Positions 1 to 15,000 of a stretch of 64,000 bases of DNA are shown in pieces. The stretch lies in the NCBI GenBank assembly GCA_905331295.1, contig CAJNYD010000074.1, forward strand, positions 186,001 through 250,000, given 5' to 3'. Both the position numbers and the translations under genes were made by a program. The stretch comes from Rotaria socialis (taxonomy: Eukaryota). Under the pieces are notes generated by a model, which was not told the DNA's origin, did no database searches, and worked only from the letters and a program-made list of their open reading frames with translations. Numbering within the stretch: position 1 is the stretch's first letter; each line of letters begins with the position of its first letter.

Positions 1-1250
1 GAATGACCATAGAATTTAAAACGGGTGCCCCAAATATTTGCAGCTATTGTACATAATCTGTTATTCTGTAAAACAAAAAAGAAAGAAACAAGTTACAAAC
101 TTGATGCACTCGAAAAATTTTAAGAGCGGATACTTTTATCTTGATGATGATGATTAAAGACTTCCGACTTCCTAATTTTAGATACTTAATTATTTTAATA
201 CGAAAAAAAACTGTAGGTATATATAGTAATTTAGAGAATGATATGTGATCTTTGACGTTTTAAAATGCATTATTTCCTTTGAATGAATACAAACGATATT
301 AATTTAGTATCTATCATTATTTGAGCTCAAATCAAAACCAGAAGGAAGAAACGAAGGAAGAATAGCCTTGTATTTTAGCGCGTTCTTCTTGTCGACAGCT
401 TTAACCTAGAGACAGATTCGATAGTCTGATATCTTACGTGCAATTATAACACACTATAACTTTGACGGGACGGAAAATATTTTAATTGTTAAACTCAATT
501 TAATTTTTATATTCGATTAAAAAGAAAATTTAAAAAAATATGCATCTTGCATAGAATCTAAATGAAAAACTCAAGCGATAAGAGTTTACTCATTTCATAT
601 CTATTTATATGATTAGACCTTTCATAATTATGCTTCTCGTTATTCATGTGTTTTATAGTCGAAATCATTTTATAGTTTTATGATTATAAATAAAAGTAGG
701 TTGACTAGAGCATTTCGCTCCATTAAATAATCTGCTAGAAAATGGCAAGTTCAATGAATATATTTATTATCAAACTATGCCTAGTTCTGCAAGACTTTGA
801 TCTAGAAAATTCCCATGATCTTTTTTTTTCTTCAAAATAATATGATTGTAATCATGACGTAGCATAACAAAAGATCTCCTTGAAGAATTCTTTTTCTTAC
901 AGTTACTAGAAAGATCTTATTTTAGCTTGTTCTTTTCTCTCTATTATCATAATGTCAAATATAACATATACTGAGAATATAATAAGACTATTCGTATATA
1001 ATGATTTTCTTTCGTACAATTAATCTTAAATGATCGATTGTTTTCATTGAAAAAACAAACCAACAGTTTAGTAGAGATTTCCTACACTGATTTGAATAAT
1101 AATATATTTTAGGCAATTAACCGAAACAATGTTCTATATATATATATATATACAATCGCTATTAACAGATTCAATCTGTAGGAGATAGTTCTTAACATCA
1201 AAGCTAATAACGCAGCTAGAATTCTGCTTCATTAACCATATGTTAGACTA

Positions 1251-4200
1251 TTAATCAGTATCATGACAATCTATTAGATACAGGCGTGCATGTTGAATCA
1301 AGGTTAAAAACTCGTTGTTTTTTTGTTTTTTCCTTACGTGTTTATGTTTAACAACTTTTGTCATAGTTGCTTTCTTTTTCGAAGATTTTTCTTGTGAATT
1401 TTTTCGAGATCCATCATCGTGTTTCAATTCTTGTTCGACATCCGAATCATTATCAGAACTACAACCTGAACTACTTCTATTTGTTACTAAATCATCACCA
1501 TTATTATTATTAACAGCATTATCAGCTACATATATTGAATTTCTATTTGTAATTAAACTTGAACGACTATTATTCGATAATTTTGTTTGTTTTCGTATTG
1601 ATGACATGTTATGAAATGTATCCGAACGTGATTTAAATGAAGAAAAATGTCTTTTTCTCGAAGGAGTTCTTGATGATGAAGTCGACTGATTCGTTTTCAT
1701 TTGCGGATCAAATATAATAAAATCTGGACAAATTTTTGATGTACGTTTTGCTGTCAATAACGGTATAAGACCACCGAGATATTCTAAATATAAAACATAA
1801 GTAGCTCCAGATAGATTAGTTGTTGGTATTGCTGATGAATTTTCTGTTTCATTATCAATACGTTTCATAGTGCATTGTAATCGAAGATGAGATTTTAATG
1901 GATTACATACAAATGAACGTAAAGTTTTTTGATCGGGCAAAAAACCTTTGATAGTTGAACGATAGAAACTTTGAAGGTTTTCTTTTAGATTATTTGGTAA
2001 ACATAATTTATCAATATGTTGTAAAGAACTATTTAACATATATTCTTTAATTTTCATCTGACATAATGTTAACATAGATGGGAGAGGTTTATGTGTTATC
2101 CAAATTGTATAGACATGAGAACCACATGCAGCAAGTACTCGTTCTACAAAAAAAAAGTTAAAATTAATTTTGTTTCTATTAAATCTATTTCTTCCTACCA
2201 TTCCCATGAGCCCAACATAAAGCAGATAATGGTTGTGTCTAAAAACAAAGGAGAGGAACATTTTTTTTTCTTGCACTGTAAAATATGTTATTTATTATGA
2301 AAATTAATCAGCTATTATTTTTATAGTGTAATTAGAAGTAAATTTTCAAGGCAGATAAGAAATTTGAGGCCATCATAATCTCTTAAGCTAGTAATAAACT
2401 CATCAAATCAATCTCTAGACATATTAATTCCAATAGTAGAATAAATGGTATTTTCATTCGTGACAAATTATCGAAAAAGAATCACTTCCATCTATGCGAT
2501 TAATCTTTATTAAAAGTATTGCACATAAGATCAGGCACAAACAGCACGGCATCAAGAATGAATATCTTTTACACATTTATATAAATATATATTTATATAA
2601 CATATCAATTATGACATCATAAATGGTATAATTTCCTATGAAAAACTGTCGGTTTTGAACCCTGTTTTATATATAACTATAGTGATTACTAATAGTCTCA
2701 AATAATAATTATACTTTTCGTGTCCTTTTATGAAACGACAAGTTTCAATCGCCTACTATTTCGTAGTATTGATATTCTATAAGTTTTTGTCTATTAATCA
2801 AAATATTCTACAGTAAAATATCTAAAGATTAATACTATCAAATGCCAACGCGCTATATTTGATGTATAAAATAAGATTTCATCAATAGTTTCTCATTTTA
2901 TGATTTCCCTACATGCATTTAACAATGAACAGAAGAACAAAAAAAAAGGAAACAGATGAGGTCGGGTGTATCCGCGTGGTAAACATTTTAATCTCTATAT
3001 TTTTGCCTCGTACATAATCTGTCTATCACGACCACATGGGAAAATATTTGCTGGCAATAACGTCACAGTTAATCCTGTTATCAGATTTATACATATAGAC
3101 TATATTGTATAATTAAAGTACGAACCGTTTGTGGAATTTGAATACGATAGAGAAATTCTCCACGGCGAGTATAAAATAAAATTTGATTAATATAACTCGA
3201 ATCATGTAAAATTGTATGGCCTCCTACAGCAAGTATTTCACCAGGTGATGACCAATCCATTTTAATATCTATTTAAAATCAAATAGATCTTCTAAATCCA
3301 AAATCTATATATGATTAATTTACTTTGAAGTTCAGTATCAACAGATATCGGTGATTGATCTTGATAGTTATTCAAAAAAAGTACTTGACCATTTTCAAGA
3401 CTACAAGCAAGTACATAGTCATCATTTACAAATTTCGATGCATCTATATATTAAAAACGAAAATGAAAATGAAAATAATAGACTAATTTACAAAAAATTA
3501 AATTTACTATTATCAGGTGCTCCAGGATAGAATCTATTGCATGAATAAAGTAATTGTGTTATTGATTGTGTTGATAATGAAAAACCATCAGTTGTATTTC
3601 CATGATGATCCATTAAAATCAAATTTCCTGCTGTTGTACCGAGAATAACACTGCAAAGAGAATTTTTTGAAAATATAGAAAAATGATCTTGTTTCTATTT
3701 ATTTGAACATACTGTGAGGCATCAGGCATCCACGTAACAGCAGAAATTTTCGCTTGTGCTGTATTAACAACTGTTGACCAATAACGTTGTCCTGTAACCG
3801 AACCAACAAGAACAAAACCATCTTCATAACATATCACAGTCATACGTCCATCATGTGACCATGCCATGTCAATAACAGAATGACTACGATCATTAATTAA
3901 TTCTAACGACCATCGATTGTCATGCTTAACCCAAACAAAAATGACACCTTTTTCATCAACCGTAGCTAATTTTTGATATGGTACATTCCATGAAACGAGA
4001 CGAACTTCAGTACGATGTGCACGTAAATTAAAATTCGTACGATCAGGCATAGATAACTTTTCATCCGGGCGTATTGATGTGTATGTTACACTGACAATAT
4101 GATTTGTATTACCTGTTGCTAACCATCCGTCATATAGGTTTATTAATGGCTGAATTGCTACTATTGGTGATGGGTTTGATTGATTATTATTTTCGCCATT

Positions 4201-4329
4201 ATTAGCATTATTTTCATCATTAGAAACATTTAATGATGATTGTTGAGTAGGCAAATAATGCATCCATGACAATGATTGTATTACAGAATCTGTACGTGCT
4301 ATATTCGATAAGTCTATATAAGCGTGCAT
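1251..4329 (-). CDS. TULP4: Tubby-related protein 4-like (WD40 repeats + SOCS box), about 6 exons, no C-terminal Tubby domain
   Basis: Exon 1 has GWLATGN, RTNFNLRAH, WNVPYQKLATVD and DMAWSHDG WD40 motifs. Internal exons give DWSSPGEILAVGG and QPLSALCWAHGN|ERVLAACG. The last exon has a SOCS-like LPSMLTLCQMKIK and YLEYLGGLIPLLTAKRTSKICPDFIIFDP. Approximate exons: 4329-3714, 3653-3508, 3443-3322, 3269-3126, 2238-2199, 2143-1251. Confidence 0.85.
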
Positions 4330-6460
4330 TTTGCTATTCTACCACATTTTTTTGACGATGAACACAAAAAAATTATAATAAGATATAGTATACGAAAAAA
4401 AATCTAAAAGAAAGAAAATAGCAAACATTAGACGACCTTCTTTGATTATTATTAGTATATACTACTGTTCTACTTTGATTAATCCGAATGTCAAGGGTGT
4501 TGATCTGCAGATTTATATAGACAAAAAAAAGACAAGAAAAACGAAAGAGAAGAAGAAGAAACGAGGGAGAGAGAGAGCAATCTTCGATGAGTTCTATATT
4601 TGTAAACAACTTAACAGGAGACCATCTAAAATGATCTATTTCGATTTGAAACAGTATCTTATTAACACTCATAGCGAACGAAATGATCTACATAGGCTAA
4701 GAATAACAACTACAATAAGAGTACGATGGTAATGATGCTGTCGACGACATTGTGTCTAATTATTTATCCAAAGGATTTTGATTCATGCCTACAACCTTGT
4801 TCCTTTCGCTCTCTCTGTCTCTCTCCCTCTCGTCTACAGCCTTCAGGAAACCGTCAGAAGGAAAAAACGGAAAAGAAAAATGACGATAAATATCTGTGTA
4901 CTTGTCAGTAGAAACAAGAAGTAAAATGTCTATACTTTCTTTAATACAGATTTCTCTCGACTATATCCTACGGCAATAATATTTACGCGTCAAACTCTAT
5001 TAATCTGACAACTAATTGAAAAGATAGTTAAAAAGAAGTATTCACTTGTATTTATGAAAAAATAAATTTGCGTGTGTCATATCAAAATATCGTTTTCGTC
5101 TGTTTTTCTTTTTTTTTGTTTTGATAAACAAGGACAGAGTAAAGTCATTTAGATGATACCTTTACCTATGCTCGAAATGTATACGTACGGTGGTAAATGA
5201 AAACGACGAAAAAAAAAATTCAGTTCTAAGCAATCGTAGAAAGAAAAAGCATCAACAGAAAAAGAACAAGAACAAAAAAAATGTGATGGTGAAAAGAAAC
5301 CTACTTTGATTGTTCATGTACATTGGATATTATAGACAACGAATCATTTAGGAATAGCAAGCCATCGTTATGAACGACATCTATTGATAAAAGACGATTG
5401 AAAAAGGTCAATTGCATGGAGAATGATTTTATGATGGTTGTTTGAATTTTTTCTTATCGAGAAATTTTTCGAAGAATAAAAAAGAACAGATTCAATAGAT
5501 CTTGACATATTTCTTCAAAAGGTGAACTAAAGATTTTAGTTTTAGTTATTCAATTATGCGCGTGTACAGATATATATGACTATGCAGTAAACGAGTAAAT
5601 ATTTACGTTAGAAAAATCTAAGATAAAGATATAAACTGTTGATAAGGTATTTGATCTTTTAAAATATGTTTTTGAATATTATTTGTTAATAGATCATCCC
5701 AAATTTTATACTTGTCACCGATACTGTCGAACAATATTATATTAAATGATGTTAACGATCAGAATTAAAGCTCTTCTTTTAATGTTAAAATTATACTATT
5801 GATCTCTATCAAACAAACTTTGACAAAAAAAATAAATAAATACAAAAGTCATAGCTCACTCAATGAAATGCATTCAAAAAGTATAGAATGATCTAACCAT
5901 GATACGTATCTTCGTTTTCGCTGTCCATTTTTTCTAGAAGTATAAGAAGTTTTTAGATGGATTTCGCAAAGCAAATAAACAGATCGTTTTTAATTTCCTT
6001 TCAAAAAGGATTAGCGGAGCTGTAGAAGATTTTTTTATATTGATGCATTATCAAGTCTCCCAAAAACAAACGTACATATTGAATTCCAAATCTTACATTT
6101 CTGAAACGAACCTAGAAGAATACTATGAGCTTAAAAAGGTTTCATTTCGAAATACTAGATATTTCAAATATAAATATGAATCACATAAATCAACTTACCA
6201 TCGTGAATATTTGAAAATAAAAAAATAAGTTAAGTCTACGATGTTTAGACTACTAAAATATTCCATTCATTCAGGTCTGCTATTTCCAAAAATAACACTT
6301 GAAATTCTGCATAAAAATTATTTTTTTTATGGTCAATTAATCGATTTACATAGATTTACTGTCATCGAAAAATTCCGTCTTAGCATACAATCAAATAGTA
6401 TTGCTTAAAAAAAATTATTTCTATTTCTATTTTAGATTCTTCTCATTTGTATTCTTAATT

Positions 6461-7321
6461 ATGCCTATCATAACCGTTGGTAAAGAAACTAACTTATGGC
6501 AAGACATATGTTCCGAATTTGCCACTAAACGTGCACAAGCTGAAACAGGTGCTATATCGACATCGTTTTTGAATTTCGAAAAAAAATATCCTGACAATAG
6601 TGAAATAAAAAAACCATTAACAGATAAACAAATATATGATCCATCGAAACATTCACCTGTTTTTTGTAATTATTCATATAATCATGTTACAATTGATGAT
6701 ATAACACAAATTCAAATCGATACACGCATATCTCATCCAGCTTGTATTAATTATGCCTTGATACCTATAGACCATATTCAACGAGAATTAACAAGATCGA
6801 CAACTCTTGTTCATCGTCCAATAACACCTATAAAAAAAGGTCCAAAAGAACTGTCAACTATTGAATATCTTGAAAAATTTGTATATCCAATATTATTAAA
6901 AGGTATTGAACAATTATTAATTGAAGCCGAAAAACGAAAATGTCTAGAACGTAAACGTAGTGCTTTTAATGCCCTTGATTATTTAACACGTTATTTATTC
7001 TATAAAAATCCTTTACGAATTAATTTATCTGAAGAAAAAAATCAACAATTATCTGATATTGATCAATCATTAGAAAATATTCCATTTGTTCATACGCATT
7101 TTGAACAACATCCACGTGCTCCATTACCTAAATCACTTTTATGGAGCGAAGAAGAAGCTGCGTTAATAATTCAATCATTTTATCGTGGCTATCGTATACG
7201 AAAACAACCTGACGTACAAGAACTACGACAATGGCAACGTGAATGGCGTGATGCAAATAGAAATATTCATGATGTTGTAGAAGATTTTTGGCGACAACAT
7301 ACATCATCACCACCTGTTTAG
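6461..7321 (+). CDS. IQCK: IQ domain-containing protein K-like
   Basis: Single coding exon from ATG 6461 (MPIITVGK). DPY30/RIIa-like segment EYLEKFVYPILLKGIEQLL, RKRSAFNALDYLT, and IQ motif AALIIQSFYRGYRIRK followed by VQELRQWQ. Confidence 0.8.
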   Translation: MPIITVGKETNLWQDICSEFATKRAQAETGAISTSFLNFEKKYPDNSEIKKPLTDKQIYDPSKHSPVFCNYSYNHVTIDDITQIQIDTRISHPACINYALIPIDHIQRELTRSTTLVHRPITPIKKGPKELSTIEYLEKFVYPILLKGIEQLLIEAEKRKCLERKRSAFNALDYLTRYLFYKNPLRINLSEEKNQQLSDIDQSLENIPFVHTHFEQHPRAPLPKSLLWSEEEAALIIQSFYRGYRIRKQPDVQELRQWQREWRDANRNIHDVVEDFWRQHTSSPPV

Positions 7322-7375
7322 TTCATTCTCTCTTTTTGAATATATTTTTTTTAAATAAAAAGAAAATAAAGAATA

Positions 7376-9978
7376 CTATCTAACAACAACAAAATCGTTA
7401 TAATTGGAAGGATTATGTGGAATAGTTGAATTACCGGTTTGAGGTTGCATGAATGCATGTGTTTGCCGTCGTAACCAATCATCTTTGAATATGTGAATTG
7501 TTAGAATTTGAGCAACATCGGCTAGTTTGTTCCATACATGTGCTAAGACTAGTTGTTCATCAGCATCTCTTCTAAATAATTATCAACAAGAGTAAATTTT
7601 GTTTTGTGCACTGTAAAAAATTAGCTTTTGAAAATAGATGTATAGAAAAAAACGTCTAGAACTAGATATTTAATTAGCTGTTAAACAAGGTCACATGAGG
7701 TACTTTGTGAAAATCTCAGTACTATTAGTATTGGAATAGTTCTGTACAAATCGCTAAAGACTATTTGCGTCAGATCATTTGTTGTATAGCATGTAGGCTA
7801 AATAGCGCCATATATCTACTCTGGAAGTCACGTAGTATGTATCAAGGACTCAAGAGATTGTACACGCCAAAATTTACATTACGTCAGCCTCCTGTGCTTA
7901 TACCTACAGTTGGTGATACTTGTACGAGATGTACAACATTATATTCAATATATCAATAGAGAACCTATTATAGTGTCACGCAGTTGAATGATAAAGATAT
8001 TCTTTGTTGTCAGATATCATCATCTTCTAGCATTTATCAAAATAATTTCACTAAAATTCAAAACTAACGGATGGAAACGTAACAAAATGTTTTGTAAGAC
8101 GTTTTGAATGTTCTTTGCAATTCTATACGCATGATTATCCGTAACCGTTCCTGTTAGTATTAAGAAAAACATGATGATTTCGAATGATAGATCAAAACAT
8201 TGAGCAGAATCTTTCAAGCTATTTTTAGACTTGTTCAAATCACTTTTACTAGAATCCTGCATTTTTTATAGGTCTTTTCGTGATGATACTGTAAATCTAT
8301 GAAACAGTCAGTTGATTGTTAACGTGTGTACGTTGAAGTGTACTGTCGATATACGTACATGTTCATTACTTTCTATTTCTTATATTTGAACCAAGTGTAT
8401 GCAGAGCAAACAATGTGTCTATTGAATATTCTTGATTTGTTCTGACGCACTTGTTAAACACTTGAGTAGACCTTACTGCTGGCATTGGTAAATATTCTCT
8501 AGAAAATGAACGCTTATAGGTATATGTTAGTTTAGTTCGTTTACAATTATTGTGCATTGTTCACCGTTCTTCGTCTTCGAAGGTCACAAAGTAAATATTG
8601 AATCGTAATAAAATTCAACAATCGCTGATGGAGTTTTAGTAAATGAGGAAGGAAGTTACTTTCGTATTTTTCTATTGTTCAAAAAATTATACAAAACTAT
8701 CTGTAGTATATAGTGTAAAATATGATCTGGAAACGAGAGCGATGCAATACAAAATTAATGTATGTCAAGCATGTTTCCTTACACTCTACGAATTAGTTGC
8801 TTAGTACACTGCTAGAAGAGTAATGAAAAGGTCATAGAAGACATATATTCTAAAGCAGATGCAATAAAATAGCCTTTCTATAATTAGTAACAGCAGTTAC
8901 AATGTATTTCACATATTAATCTCATAGGATTCGTGTGCTAACAGGTTTGCTCTTCTGAGAAAGGATTGTTAATTAATTTTAGTAACTATTTTTATATAAT
9001 TATTACTAACCGACATCGAACATGTAGCGAACCAACAAGTGTTCGAAATGATAAAGCCCAAAAATGTTCAAGCCGAAGTTCTAACACGCCATCTAGTCTT
9101 GATGCTTCATGAAGACATTTATCCATTTGACTAATCATATGTGCTGGCGTTGTTTGCAATAATATTTTGCCACTATATGTTGCTATTGGAACCATCGTAC
9201 CAAATGTCATAAAAGCCATGAATACTGATGATAATGTATCAACAAAATTTCCATAGCCCATTGTTATAAGAAATGAATCGGATAATACAATAGCTAGACC
9301 ACACCAACACAATAATGCTAATGGATTAATACGCGGTAAAAGAAGACGACTTAAACCTGGAATGTAATGACAAACACTTTGAAACATATCACTAACATGT
9401 TCTTGTAACCAGCTTGATGAGCTAGCAGCAATCACATGATCAAATGCTTGATTTCGTACAAAATAAATAACAATCATATGAATAACTAATGTTGACATTG
9501 ATGCTAACATAATATATTCAGTATGAATTGTTTCATCTTCAAGATATTTTTCAATAGATTCTTTCAGAATAAAAAATGCTCCGAGTATTGAAAGCATCGT
9601 TGATGTAAAAACAGCTAATACTTCAAAACGAGCTGTTCCATATGAAAATGTTGCAATGGTTTGTGTTGGAATAAAAAGTGACGTTGCACTATTCGTGGCG
9701 GTGCTATCGAAATTATTTGGATTTTGAACTCTTTTAAGAACGTTTGTATTATTATTTTCCAGAATCCATGCAGAAATTAAGGCTGTTCCGATGAAAAGTA
9801 AATCGAATATACATAAAGAACAATATGCTTGCAAAGCCATAGAATTAGCTTGACCAGCCATTGTAAAAACCATAATACAAGTAATCAAGGTGACTATAGT
9901 TATCAAAACGGTACTACGCGAATGAGAGGATTGAGCAAGATAAAAAATTGATGATAAAACTGATGTCGATTTTGCCAT
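7376..9978 (-). CDS. SLC30A6: Zinc transporter 6 (CDF family), 2 coding exons
   Basis: Motifs FSYGTARFEVLAVF, SSSWLQEHV, RINPLAL, GKILLQTTP and EHFWAL. Exon 1 (9978-9011) splices to exon 2 (7571-7376; RRDADEQLVLAHVWNKL...VVVR*). Confidence 0.9.
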
Positions 9979-10221
9979 TTCTTTTTTTACTCAAATTATC
10001 TAAAAACATGTATTTGCATTAACGAAGCAGTGTTTTGAAATTGTGTCTATCTAGCAACTGTGCGTACAATAAAGAAAAAACAGATCAAAGTACGACGATA
10101 AGTAGTGACAAAAAAAACTGTTCTAGAAAAAACCATAACATTGGACATTGATAATCTGAACTTTACAAATGCACACTGAAAAAATTGATATCAAGGACAA
10201 CAAAAAGCAAAACATCTGACA

Positions 10222-12062
10222 CTAAACGTCCAATAATTTGCACGAAGTAGATGAAGTTTCGTTATTCTCAGCGAATGGATCCGACCACATTGAATGAAGA
10301 TCACCCTAGGTTTAACAGATAATGAATTTTGTTTTATATCCATCAGCAAAATTTACCTTTAAATGAGCGATTAATAGTAATGGTAATAATGTAAATGGCA
10401 CAAGAAATAGAAGTGCTGGTTGAGCACATTTAAATACTTCCGATGAAATAGTTGCTGCTAGTAAGCCTTAAATTCATCAAAAACGAAACAGTAATTTTAT
10501 CAATTAATAAAATTAATATTTTACCAGCACAATAACCCAATAGACAACATTGAAAGTAGGTTAAACGATTGATAAACGATAATGGATCATTATTATGTAA
10601 ACTATGAATTCGTTTTTGAGATTCAAAACGAAGAACAAAACAAAGAACAAGTCCCGGCATAATTATATCTCCGAGGCCAAGTAATGAAAATCGACCTTGT
10701 TGTTGCATACTACAGATTAAACGTTTATTCTTCATTTAAGAAAACAAAATCATACAAATATTTTTCTATACAAACCTAGGAAAAACAATTTTGCCAGGTA
10801 ATGAAAGTTTTGGTGCATGATAACGATTAAAATTAAACATTCTTGCAATAGTTGTTAACTAAATAGTTCTGATATTGTAATAGAAACTTTTAAAATATTC
10901 ACTAATTTTTACCGGATTTTCTGCTTCTTTAGTTGCTACTCGTACCATAACATTTGTTGTAAATATATAGTGAGAAAAATATACCCAAAAGACATCATAT
11001 ACTACAAGACCTAGTAATAATAGTGCTGATACTTTTAAATTAGGTAAACGAACAAGAGCTATGAATGATATACACAACCCTGTTGCTATAACTAAACAAA
11101 AAGAATATACGAGAGAAACATTATCTCCTATCCTTTACCATCCATAAAAAACCAATGTCCAGTTATAATCCATATTAAAACAAGAGCTATTGATAAACTG
11201 AATGCAACTATTTCCGATAATGTATGACGACCAAATATACCAAAAGATATTCTAATCGATAAAACAAAAGCATTATTCAAGAGTAGAAAAAGCATATTTT
11301 ATTTTTTTTGACAAGGATCGATTTCACTAATCAAGATACTGCTTGTAATTATTTTCGAACACAGTAAAAGTATGCAAAGATCGATATGTTGACATCTTAC
11401 TTTGTATTATTAGAACATGGACGAAGTATCATTTGACAACAGGGTGTTAAAAGATAAGAAAAACCCATAATTGACAATACTAAATAATCAATTACAGCAT
11501 ACGTGATTTAGTTTTAGTGTTTATAGAAAACTTACTTGCCGTACAAATAATAAATACCGTTTGAAGTGAATCAAAATAAAAGAACATAATCATTAATGAT
11601 AAAGATGCACCTAAAGGAAATACAATAGCATGGATTGTTTCAATAACATTTGCAGGTGAAACTAAATAGAGAGCAATTATTTTAATTTGATTAATTCATT
11701 CAAGTAACCTTGTTCATTTGCCGACGGTTCAAATAGAAGTTTATAAGAAGATGCAAAATCTTTTGCTTTATCGTGATCTAATGCTCTTTAAACAAATAAA
11801 AAAAACATTTTCATAATTCAATATTGGAATTGAAAAATACCGAAAGCTTCCATAGACAATGAGAGCAATAGCCAATATGAATGTTGATAGATGTGATGAA
11901 TCGAGAACAGAAAAAATACTATTTCTCCTTAAGAAATGAAAGAAATGAAAATTTTAATTAAAGTTTTTTTATTAGAGAAATTCTTTACCAAGAATTCGGC
12001 TGTTCATTGATTGGTTTTGTTTCCAAGGCATCAGAAACTGTTAGTAATATATTGAATAACAT
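10222..12062 (-). CDS. SPPL3: Signal peptide peptidase-like 3 (GxGD intramembrane aspartyl protease), multi-exon
   Basis: Catalytic YD (VYDVFWV), [10 protein letters not shown] and QPALLFLVP motifs, plus RLPNLKVS and [11 protein letters not shown] at 12062; stop TAG at 10222-10224. Confidence 0.92.
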
Positions 12063-15000
12063 GATCTATTTTTTTGTGTAAACGTACTGTCACACACGAG
12101 TGATCAACGACGAGACAAAAGCAATACCTAATTGTAGATTATATACATTTCTTTTTTTTATTAATGTTTTATTTCGCTGTTGATGAAAATGATGTTCGTT
12201 CGACATATGTTCTCACTTAATCTATTCAATGCTTAAACAGCTAAAAGAAGAGAAAAGGACGAATCAATATAATCTTGCAGAATTTACTATGTTAGCCTTG
12301 GACTAGATCAATTACAAGCACATATCAGCCAACTTAAAGTTTCGATTACAGATATCTTCATTTCAACTTTTATACAACATCGAGAATTTGTGTTGAGTAG
12401 CACGCATTCACTAGTTATGTAAGGACGGGCGGATAAAAAGAAGGACTAAATCAACTATGTCAACATTTAAATTTAACCGTCAGAGACAGAAAAAAAAAAG
12501 AATAAGTCTACAACCTATACAGCAATGACAAAATTACATGTAAAATAAGAAAGAAAAGGGAAAAGAAAAAAAAATGTTTATTATTTCATATAATAAGCTC
12601 ATCTGATGAACCGGTGAACATGTAAAAGAACGAAAAATTTGACCGGCTGCGATGTTTTCTACTTTTATTTGTTTTTCTATTACTTTAAGAAGGACTCATT
12701 TTTTTCCTCTTTCTTTCTATATTGTGTTATTGTCTTGAATTCGGCATAGAGATGAAGGTAAATCACTATTATATTCTGTGCATATGTAGTAAAAAGAATG
12801 GCAATTGGATGTGTTGTAGACCATCGGCTAACATAAAAATAATTTTATTGGTTCATTTATAACCAATCTTAGTAATAACAAAAAAGAATGCGAACGGACT
12901 TTTGTAGTACGAGAATCTTCTGTTTTGTAAGATTAATTTTTTTTAAAACGTAAGAAAAAAACATGAGAAATATATTATTTCGTATAAAAATGTGTTCATC
13001 TCGTTATCATTATTGATAAGGATGTACGAAAAGCAATCGGTAAGAGTATTTAATCGTAGATTAGGAAATCACTAAGCGCAAAAAAATATTAGGCGAAAAG
13101 ATTCTTTTTATTATTTCTTGGAATGATGAAATAGTTGGTATATGGGAAGCAGTCAGTATTGATACTTCACGTGATTAGAATGCAGTTGGCTGTGATAATT
13201 GAACATCACCAATGATAGTTAATCTAGCTTATGTGATCGTGTGCTTGAAATCGGGTCAATGGTATTGTGTTTTAAACATCTGATTAAAATGGAATTTGAC
13301 AAGAGTCAAGCTAAGCAAATATCGGCTCACTTTGTTTACGAATTACTAATGAAGCAACAATTCGCTCATGAAATAGAGAGAACACCATAACCTAGGTCAA
13401 TGATTTTCGTGCGCACATTTTTCAGCTGTGTTCGTAACTGGGTAGAGATCGCCATCAAATTTTAGATTTTTTTTTTATATAATCGAAATCAATATTAATA
13501 AATATTATTTTCTGAAAAGAAAGATGAGAAGACTTGCTAGAAGGTATTCATCTAATTTCTTTGTTTATATTGATCTTAGTTCCTTAAAATGATTGTTTTC
13601 AAATAAACAAGGCAAATGTACGATGTATCTTCACAAAGTGCAATTCCTATTTGTAGTAAAACATGCTTGAATGATATTGTTAAACACAAAGGCTGATAGT
13701 TTTTCCTAGTGATCAATAGGACTATAGCGTGTTTTAGCACTCATTTTTATTCACTTGGTTCATGATTCATGTATTAATTTTACTTCTACTTTGCATTTTT
13801 TATTTGATTTTCAATAATCCGAATCATTCGGAAGATTTTTGCATTAGAATAACTAATCAGATGTGAAAGCCTTTTAAAGATAGTCTCTTCATTTTTAATC
13901 ATTTTATTAAATTTTCGACGCTACATCTAATTTCTAAGATCGGTTTATTTTCAGTCAATAGAAAAATATTGCTCAAGATTTTTAATAAGATCTTGAGAAA
14001 TTTGAACGAATACAGTCATGTGTAATCATAAATAACATATTTCGAAGCATCCGTCACAAAACTTGCACCGTTATTCGATTGAGATATCAAGTCTAAGAGT
14101 ATGACTGCTCTTGAATGACTTAATCTTATGAGATAGTCCCACTACCTAGATTACATGAGAGAATCATAATAAATTGCTGATGGCAACAACAAATATTTAT
14201 TTTTTCAAAGTAAATCAATGTTACTGATGTCGATGTGAAGAATCAGTATGTTTTCTACCATAAAATTAATGCAGCTTCATATTTGAATATGGAATAATCA
14301 TTGTGCATTCACATGAAAATTCATTTCCTCTATCCTTTCTTAATCGTATTCATTATGATACTATTCACTTATATTTGACAATTCTTTCGCTATTTCAGAC
14401 TCCTCTATTGCATAAATCACAGGTACAATATGTTGATTATATGTCGTACTTTATTTTCTGTGCCTTTATCATCGTTCATCTTGAGTTGATTGCTCTTTTC
14501 AAATATCGGCAGTAGCTTCGCAAATAAGATATACAAATTCATTACTAATCATCCAACTCCAGCTGTTGACAGATTTAATCCAAAGCTACAAATAGTAAAC
14601 TTCTAAAATTAAAGTATCTGATATTTGCTAGCTTGTTAGCCTTTGAGATTATCAGATTTGTCTTAATTTTAACAAAGTCTATTATCTAAATTATCATTGA
14701 AGAAAACTCAACAATATTTGCCAAACTAGTCAATAACCCGCAGTACCATTTTGTTTTGTTTTACAGTCGATTAATGATGTAAGGAAGCACCCATAAAATT
14801 TATGTTGCAGTCATTTGATATAATCTGCTCTGTTTTTCACTTCAGTTTCGAAATCCAAGAAAAAGTTAAATTTTTCTTTTGAACTTATGCGATAGAACAC
14901 ATTGTTAAAAAAGTCATTTTCTATGACAATTTTGCTTAAACACAACATGTGTGATCAAAGTTTTTGATGTTTTCTAAATACGGAATAGAGTAGGTAAATA

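Noticed and set aside
1..52. Possible Tc1-like terminal repeat ending in TA
   Set aside because: The partner end would lie outside the window, so it cannot be verified.
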